In this document: positions 58,248 through 64,000 of the stretch, in pieces
How positions within the stretch are numbered: position 1 is the first letter of the stretch
How the letters are laid out: each line of letters begins with the position of its first letter
Source of the DNA: Planktomarina sp.
GTDB lineage: Bacteria; Pseudomonadota; Alphaproteobacteria; Rhodobacterales; Rhodobacteraceae
Direction: 5' to 3' (one strand)
Length of the DNA: 64,000 bases
Assembly (NCBI RefSeq): GCF_016780825.1
Contig: NZ_JADHLF010000007.1
Notes under the pieces: model-generated
The model's database searches: none
Told to the model about the DNA's origin: nothing
The model's input: the letters and a program-made list of their open reading frames with translations, nothing else
Made by a program: the position numbers and the translations under genes

Positions 58248-59924
58248 TTATTCGTCAGATTTGAGCGCGGCACCCAAGATATCGCCCAAAGACGCACCTG
58301 AGTCGGAGGAGCCATACTGCTCGACAGCTTCCTTCTCTTCGGCAATTTCACGCGCTTTGATCGAGAGGCCGAGACGGCGGGTTTTCGCATCGATATTCGT
58401 GACGCGAACGTCCACTTTATCACCAATGCCAAACCGATCTGGACGCTGCTCCGCACGATCGCGTGACAGATCAGAGCGACGAATGAAGGATTTCATACCT
58501 TCATATTCCACTTCAATACCACCATCTTCGATGGCTGTGACTTCAACAGTGATGATCGAGCCGCGTTTCACGCCGCCAACCGCATCTGCGAATTTGTCGC
58601 CACCAAGGGCTTTGACAGACAGGCTAATGCGCTCTTTTTCCACGTCCACTTCAGAGACAACGGCCTGAACCATGTCCCCTTTGCGGTAATCGCCAATCAC
58701 GTCTTCGCCGCGGCCTTCCCATGTCAGATCAGACAGGTGAACCATGCCATCGATGTCGCCTTCAAGACCGATGAACAAACCAAATTCGGTGATGTTTTTG
58801 ACTTCACCTTCCACTTGGCTGCCCTCAGGGTGTTGCTCTGCGAACACTTCCCACGGGTTGCGCTGGGTTTGCTTGAGGCCCAAGGACACGCGACGTTTCA
58901 CGCCATCAATTTCCAGAACCATCACGTCAACCTCTTGCGACGTTGATACGATTTTACCAGGATGTACGTTTTTCTTGGTCCATGACATTTCAGACACATG
59001 CACCAAACCTTCAACGCCCGCTTCCAGCTCAACAAACGCACCGTAATCGGTGATATTTGTCACACGGCCTTTGTGCTGTGACTCAAGTGGGTATTTCACG
59101 CTGACGATATCCCATGGATCATCCATCAACTGTTTCATACCCAGGCTGATGCGATGGGTGTCTTTGTTAATTTTGACGACTTGGACTTTCACAGTCTCAC
59201 CAATCGTCAGGATTTCCGACGGGTGGTTGACGCGGCGCCAGGCCATATCAGTGACGTGCAACAGACCGTCCACACCGCCCAGATCCACAAACGCACCGTA
59301 TTCTGTGATGTTTTTCACCACACCGTCGACACTGTCACCTTCGGCCAATTTGCCGATCACTTCAGCGCGCTGTTCGGCACGGGATTCTTCCAAGATCGCA
59401 CGGCGCGACACAACGATATTGCCGCGGCGACGGTCCATTTTCAAAATCTGGAAGGGCTGCTTGAGACCCATCAATGGGCCCGCATCACGCACAGGGCGCA
59501 CGTCAACTTGGCTGCCCGGCAAGAAGGCCACAGCGCCACCAAGATCCACGGTAAAGCCACCTTTGACACGGCCAAAGATTGCGCCATCAACGCGCACTTC
59601 GTCAGCGTAAGCTTTTTCAAGACGATCCCAGGCTTCCTCACGACGGGCCATTTCGCGGCTGATGACCGCCTCGCCCTTGGCATTTTCTGCGGCCCGCAGG
59701 AACACTTCGACCGTATCCCCTACCGAGATGACGGGAGCTTCGCCGGGATCTGCAAATTCTTTAATATCTACGCGGCCTTCCATTTTGTAGCCGACGTCGA
59801 TGATGGCTTGTCCCGCTTCGATTGCGATGACCTTGCCTTTGACCACTGTGCCCTCTTCGGGCGTGTCAATCTCGAAGCTTTCTTGCAAAAGGGCTTCGAA
59901 TTCTTCCATTGTTACGCTTGCCAT
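58248..59924 (-). CDS. rpsA: 30S ribosomal protein S1
   Basis: Six S1 repeats (AFLPGSQVD, ITEYGAFVDLGGVDGLLH, ITDYGAFVE). Start at ATG 59924. Confidence 0.98.
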   Translation of the reverse strand: MASVTMEEFEALLQESFEIDTPEEGTVVKGKVIAIEAGQAIIDVGYKMEGRVDIKEFADPGEAPVISVGDTVEVFLRAAENAKGEAVISREMARREEAWDRLEKAYADEVRVDGAIFGRVKGGFTVDLGGAVAFLPGSQVDVRPVRDAGPLMGLKQPFQILKMDRRRGNIVVSRRAILEESRAEQRAEVIGKLAEGDSVDGVVKNITEYGAFVDLGGVDGLLHVTDMAWRRVNHPSEILTIGETVKVQVVKINKDTHRISLGMKQLMDDPWDIVSVKYPLESQHKGRVTNITDYGAFVELEAGVEGLVHVSEMSWTKKNVHPGKIVSTSQEVDVMVLEIDGVKRRVSLGLKQTQRNPWEVFAEQHPEGSQVEGEVKNITEFGLFIGLEGDIDGMVHLSDLTWEGRGEDVIGDYRKGDMVQAVVSEVDVEKERISLSVKALGGDKFADAVGGVKRGSIITVEVTAIEDGGIEVEYEGMKSFIRRSDLSRDRAEQRPDRFGIGDKVDVRVTNIDAKTRRLGLSIKAREIAEEKEAVEQYGSSDSGASLGDILGAALKSDE

Positions 59925-60092
59925 GTGGCGTTCATTCCTTACATTTATGTTTCTGGCCGTGCGGTTGTCTCCGCCGGTCTTGAGTTGCATTGGTCCTTCG
60001 ACGCGAAGCGGTCTGCGAACACCAAGAAAGGCCGGTGATAGCCGACCCTGCTGCGATACTCACATTCCACGACTGTTGCCGTCGTTTAGACA
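59925..60092 (-). promoter_or_regulatory. Structured rpsA 5' leader
   Basis: Four hairpins on the minus strand between the predicted TSS and the ATG. Confidence 0.6.
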
Positions 60093-60098
60093 GGGCCG

Positions 60099-60127
60099 CG
60101 TATAGGGGCAAAATTCCAATCTTGCAA
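60099..60127 (-). promoter_or_regulatory. Sigma70-type rpsA promoter
   Basis: Minus strand reads TTGCAA-N17-TATACG followed by a GC-rich discriminator. Confidence 0.6.
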
Positions 60128-60168
60128 GGGCCGATCACCGGTGTAATGCTGCAGAAAAGGAGCGTCCC

Positions 60169-60498
60169 ATGCCACATGCCGATCTCAAATATTCCCCAGA
60201 TCTTTCCTTCGACCCGCAAGCCATGTTCACAGCCATTGAACACACCATTCTGGCCCATGATTCCGGCTCTGGCGATTGCAAATGTCGCAGCTATCCCGCC
60301 GAGGCCAGCAACCACACCCATCTGCTGATCGAGATTTCAATGCTGCGCAAACCACACCGCAATGAGACTTTCACGCGCACCCTGCGCGACGCAATCGCAG
60401 CGGCAGTCAAACGGCACCTGCATCAAAGCTGCTATATCTCCCTGGCCATCACATATTCCGACGCCATGTACCTAACGGACCGGCACGACGCACACTAA
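60169..60498 (+). CDS. Tautomerase-superfamily protein (CHMI-like)
   Basis: MPH..L.YS start gives a catalytic Pro-1; K.R motif; AAGGAG RBS. Confidence 0.65.
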   Translation: MPHADLKYSPDLSFDPQAMFTAIEHTILAHDSGSGDCKCRSYPAEASNHTHLLIEISMLRKPHRNETFTRTLRDAIAAAVKRHLHQSCYISLAITYSDAMYLTDRHDAH

Positions 60499-60500
60499 TG

Positions 60501-61532
60501 CTATGCCAATTCCTCCCGCGGACAATTTGATGGCGTGATGATTTGCACGTCGGCCGGGCCTTCCGCCAAGACCGGAGGGCGCAGCTTGTGATAGGCGGTG
60601 ATCTGTTGGAACGCTTGGTCAAGATCGGCGCGGAGATCGTGATGCAGGACGAATGCCAGCCGACCCTGACGCAGCAGACTGCGGTTTTCGCGGTCCAAGT
60701 CATGGGCAATAAAGAAATCCGGTTCGAGCTGCACAGTGCGCAGCGTGGACAAAATGGCCGCATTGGCCCCACCCATGGAATAGACACCCAGGAGGCGGTC
60801 CAATCCACGCACCGCTTGGCGAATCTGCGCCGCCGTCCCAAGCGCCAGCCCGGCCCCGCCGCTTGCCTCGCGCAGGCTCACCTGCGGGCACAAACGCGCC
60901 ATTTCAGCCGCAAAGGCCTGCGCCCGCGCCTCTTCGCCTTGAAACTGCCGGCGCGATGTCGTGGTCAAAACCGCGCCGCCACGACCCTGCAGCCATTGGG
61001 CAAAGAGATAGGCCGCGGTGCGTCCCGCATTTGCATTGTTCAACCCGACATAGGCCAAACGCGCGCAGTCAGGGCAATCGGTAAAGACCGTCACCACCGG
61101 GATCTTTAGCCCAATCAACCGGTCAATCTCAGCACGAATTGGCGCGACATTCTGCGCCTTCAGCAAGATGCCTTGACTGCCCCGCTTTGCGATCTTGGAC
61201 AAAATAGCCACAGTCTTCGCCGGTCCGATCTCTTCTGCAAAGTGAAATCTTGGCCGAATGACCGCAGGCGCGAAATTCGGCAAGACTTGAGTTGCAGCCC
61301 GGCGCAGCTCATCGGAAAATCTGCGCGGCGCCTCAACCACGATATCGATAAACATGCGCCGCCCCCGCGCGGCCAATTGCCCCTCTTGCCGTGTCAGCTC
61401 CACAATTGCCGCCTGCACACGCCGCGCGGTCTGGGCACTGACGTGCGCGCGCCCATGCAAGGCGCGATCAACCGTGGCCAGACTAAGTCCCGATTGCAAA
61501 GCAATCTCTTTGAGGGGGAATGGATGTTTCAT
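60501..61532 (-). CDS. LacI-family regulator with atypical hinge
   Basis: LKEIA..SGLSLATVDRALH.R HTH; YVGLNN..AGRTAAYL sugar-binding domain. Start at ATG 61532. Confidence 0.88.
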   Translation of the reverse strand: MKHPFPLKEIALQSGLSLATVDRALHGRAHVSAQTARRVQAAIVELTRQEGQLAARGRRMFIDIVVEAPRRFSDELRRAATQVLPNFAPAVIRPRFHFAEEIGPAKTVAILSKIAKRGSQGILLKAQNVAPIRAEIDRLIGLKIPVVTVFTDCPDCARLAYVGLNNANAGRTAAYLFAQWLQGRGGAVLTTTSRRQFQGEEARAQAFAAEMARLCPQVSLREASGGAGLALGTAAQIRQAVRGLDRLLGVYSMGGANAAILSTLRTVQLEPDFFIAHDLDRENRSLLRQGRLAFVLHHDLRADLDQAFQQITAYHKLRPPVLAEGPADVQIITPSNCPREELA

Positions 61533-61557
61533 TGAGGTGTTTTTGAGGTGTTTTTGA
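61532..61557. repeat. 11-bp tandem direct repeat, candidate operator
   Basis: TTGAGGTGTTT twice plus TTGA, abutting the lacI start codon. Confidence 0.8.
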
Positions 61558-61614
61558 CAGTTTCTCAAGCCAATTTTGGTTAAGCTTTTGTCAACCAGCA
61601 AACAGGAGCACGTG

Positions 61615-62757
61615 ATGCACGCCTATCTTTCCCCAGATGATTGCAACTTGGAAGAGTTCACCCAGCAAGTGACCCGCAACCTCACCCTGCAAGAGGTGCC
61701 GCAGGCCCATGACATTCAAAACAATATACCAATCTATGATGTCACACGGTTGGATCTGACTGGAGACACCCGTGCCTTAAAAGCCGAATGGGCGCATGTG
61801 TTTCTCAATTCCGCCGGGGTGTTGCTGCTCCAAAATGCCTTTCCAGACACCCGCTGCATTGACGCGGCCAGCGCGATTTATGAGCGCATCATCGCTGATG
61901 AAAAAGCCGCCCAAGGCGCGAAGGCCGATCACTTTGCCGCCTCCGGCGCCAATGACCGCATCTGGAATTCGGCACAAAAACTTTGTCAGCATGACCCCAA
62001 GATTTTTGCACAATATTTTGGAAATCTGGTGATTGATGCGGCCTGCGAGGCTTGGCTTGGGCCAAATTACCAGATGACGGCGCAGGTGAACCTGGTCCGC
62101 CCCGGCGGCGCAGCGCAGAGTCCGCATCGCGATTATCACCTTGGCTTTCAGCCGCGCGAGGTCGCCGCAAGCTATCCGGCCCATGTCCATGACCTCTCGC
62201 CTGTGCTCACGCTGCAAGGCGCGGTGGCGCATGTGGACATGCCAATTGAGAGCGGACCGACCAAGCTGTTGCCCTTCAGTCAACTCTATCGCCACGGCTA
62301 TCTGGCCTTCACCATGCCAGAGTTTCGCGCCTTCTTTGAAGAAAACTTCGTGCAAGTGCCGCTCAAAAAGGGCGATGTTCTGTTTTTCAATCCGGCACTC
62401 TATCACGCCGGCGGCGCCAATGTGAGCGCAGATATTCAGCGCATGGCCAATCTGCTACAGGTCTCTTCGGCCTATGGGCGCTCCTTGGAAAATCTGAACC
62501 GCCAGAGCATGACCCATCAGCTCTATGAGGTTCTGGCGCGCAGGGATCATGGTCTCTCAGAGCGGCAGATTGATGCCGCAATTTCGGCCTGTGCGGAGGG
62601 CTATTCTTTTCCAACCAATCTGGACACCGATCCGCCCATCGGCGGTCTGGCCCCAGAAACCCCAGCGGCGCTCTGCCGCCGGGCCTTGGCCAATGCGATG
62701 CCCGTGCAGGAGTTCAACGCCGCGCTGGACGCGCTCTATGCACGCAAGCAGGCCTAA
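61615..62757 (+). CDS. PhyH-family 2-oxoglutarate/Fe(II) dioxygenase
   Basis: Q.PHRDYH (HxD), GPT.LLPFS, GDVLFF...LYH.GG.N.S...R; AGGAG RBS. Confidence 0.85.
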   Translation: MHAYLSPDDCNLEEFTQQVTRNLTLQEVPQAHDIQNNIPIYDVTRLDLTGDTRALKAEWAHVFLNSAGVLLLQNAFPDTRCIDAASAIYERIIADEKAAQGAKADHFAASGANDRIWNSAQKLCQHDPKIFAQYFGNLVIDAACEAWLGPNYQMTAQVNLVRPGGAAQSPHRDYHLGFQPREVAASYPAHVHDLSPVLTLQGAVAHVDMPIESGPTKLLPFSQLYRHGYLAFTMPEFRAFFEENFVQVPLKKGDVLFFNPALYHAGGANVSADIQRMANLLQVSSAYGRSLENLNRQSMTHQLYEVLARRDHGLSERQIDAAISACAEGYSFPTNLDTDPPIGGLAPETPAALCRRALANAMPVQEFNAALDALYARKQA

Positions 62758-62763
62758 AGGCCT

Positions 62764-63762
62764 TTAGGCATAGCGCTCCGGCCCGGCCCATTGTGCGTCA
62801 GAATAGCGATCCCCATTGATCCAACCCATGGGGAGCGCAGCTTCAACCGCCGCCAACTCCTCTGCGCTCAAGCCATAATTTGCGCCCGCCACAAGAGCCT
62901 TGAAATGGTCCAGGTTGCGGGTGCCGGGAATGGGCAAGATATGGTCCCCTTTGGCCAGACACCAGGCAATCGCCAGGCCCGCCGCCGTCAAACCCATCTG
63001 TGCAGCGAGCGCGCGAAAATTTGCGGCCGCTTTGATATTCATGCTCAGGTTCGGCTCCATGAAGCGGGGGTTATTGGCCAAGAACGGCATGGTTTGCACC
63101 GCCTCTTGCCCATGCGGAGCATCCGTCAAAAGGCTTCGCCCCACCGGCGAGAAGGCCACAAAGGTCGTGCCGAGATCGGCGCAGGTTTGCAAAATTCCCA
63201 ATTCCGGCGTGCGCGTGGAGAGGGAATATTCCGACTGAAGCGCCGCGACAGGATGCACCGCATGGGCCGCTCTCAGGGAGGTTGGAGAAATTTCTGAAAA
63301 GCCAAAACCACCGATTTTTCCAGACTTTATGAAGCCTGCGAGGGTTTCAGTGACCTCTTCAATCGGCACAGATGGATCGCGGCGGTGGATATAATAGAGA
63401 TCAATGCACTCCACCCCAAGGCGCTCGAGGCTATTGTCCAATTGCTCCGTCAGATAGGCCGCCTCATTGTTGAACAAACGGTTCGGATCTTTGCGGTCTG
63501 TGATACCGCCCTTGCTGGCAATATGAAAAAACGACCGCGCTTGCGGATTTTCGGCCAGGTAGGCCCCGATGTGACGCTCCGATCCGCCCATGCCATAGAC
63601 GCTGGCCGTGTCGATGTGATTTATGCCCAGATCTCGCGCGGCATCTAGGATGGCGAACACCTCTTCCCGGCTCACCGCACCATAGAAGTTGGAAAACGAC
63701 ATGGCCCCGATGCCCAGCCGTGAGGTCTTGGCGCCCGTGTGGGGGAAACTACGGTTTTTCAT
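62764..63762 (-). CDS. Aldo/keto reductase
   Basis: IDTASVYG, SLERLG..CIDLYYIHR, QSEYSL, FSPVGR and PIPGT. Start at ATG 63762, overlapping the cmk end by 14 nt. Confidence 0.92.
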   Translation of the reverse strand: MKNRSFPHTGAKTSRLGIGAMSFSNFYGAVSREEVFAILDAARDLGINHIDTASVYGMGGSERHIGAYLAENPQARSFFHIASKGGITDRKDPNRLFNNEAAYLTEQLDNSLERLGVECIDLYYIHRRDPSVPIEEVTETLAGFIKSGKIGGFGFSEISPTSLRAAHAVHPVAALQSEYSLSTRTPELGILQTCADLGTTFVAFSPVGRSLLTDAPHGQEAVQTMPFLANNPRFMEPNLSMNIKAAANFRALAAQMGLTAAGLAIAWCLAKGDHILPIPGTRNLDHFKALVAGANYGLSAEELAAVEAALPMGWINGDRYSDAQWAGPERYA

Positions 63763-64000
63763 ATGGGAACTCCTGTTCAACAGCCGCAATGGCCTGCGCA
63801 ATTGCTGCGCTGAGACTGAGATGAGAGGTGTCGATCAGCACCGCGTCCTGAGCCGCCACCATCGGGGCCGTGGCACGGGAGCTGTCGCGGGCATCGCGCG
63901 CGATAACATCTTGTAACACCTGCTCAAAGGTGGTCTCGGCACCGCTGGCCACAAGCTCTTTGAAGCGCCGCTCGGCGCGCACCTCGGCATCGGCGGTGAC
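63749..64000 (-). CDS. cmk: Cytidylate kinase, 3' part (runs off window)
   Basis: TA.AEVRAERR, RDARDSSRATAPM.AA.DA..IDTS; lies upstream of rpsA. Confidence 0.9.
   Translation of the reverse strand, partial: VTADAEVRAERRFKELVASGAETTFEQVLQDVIARDARDSSRATAPMVAAQDAVLIDTSHLSLSAAIAQAIAAVEQEFPYEKP

Noticed and set aside
61580..61594. TTAA-N7-TCAA CtrA-like motif upstream of phyH
   Set aside because: It has one mismatch in AT-rich promoter DNA and no biological rationale, so chance is likely.
1..64000. CRISPR arrays, tRNA/rRNA genes, transposases, prophage or defence genes
   Set aside because: None were recognised. Nearly all sequence is explained by housekeeping or metabolic CDSs.

Overview
A GC-rich (about 55-58% by eye) chromosomal segment of a marine Rhodobacterales/Roseobacter-group alphaproteobacterium. 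The assignment is inferred from protein sequences and gene order. Most of it is core genome: an aa3 cytochrome c oxidase operon (coxB-ctaB-small ORF-ctaG-coxC), tldD-dprA-topA, lower inositol catabolism (iolD-iolC-iolB-class II aldolase), and urate/allantoin degradation (puuD, uraH, puuE-uraD fusion, ureide cupin). It also holds a sarcosine-oxidase-family heterotetramer (possibly N-methylglutamate dehydrogenase) with AraC and XRE regulators, Lhr helicase plus PdeM, fhs-folD, ftsH-tilS, tol-pal, ruvCAB, DUF1127, prmA, msrA, lldD, BCCT and MFS transporters, rplY-pth-DUF2332-DUF2237, rpsA-ihfB-lapA-trpF-trpB and partial cmk. I saw no tRNA, rRNA, CRISPR array, prophage or transposase. The most notable observations are five. 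(1) A four-gene block between cmk and rpsA (AKR, PhyH-type dioxygenase, hinge-less LacI with an 11-bp tandem direct repeat, Pro-1 tautomerase). (2) A CtrA-like box plus a 13-bp perfect hairpin before dprA. (3) A membrane-protein gene split by a G8 tract. (4) A Cys-free SoxD. (5) An uncalled 24-aa hydrophobic ORF. Several regulatory motifs are also readable (LacI, LexA, FNR, IHF, RpoH, FadR-type, LysR-type). No database searches were run. Family calls rest on motif recognition and recalled gene order.
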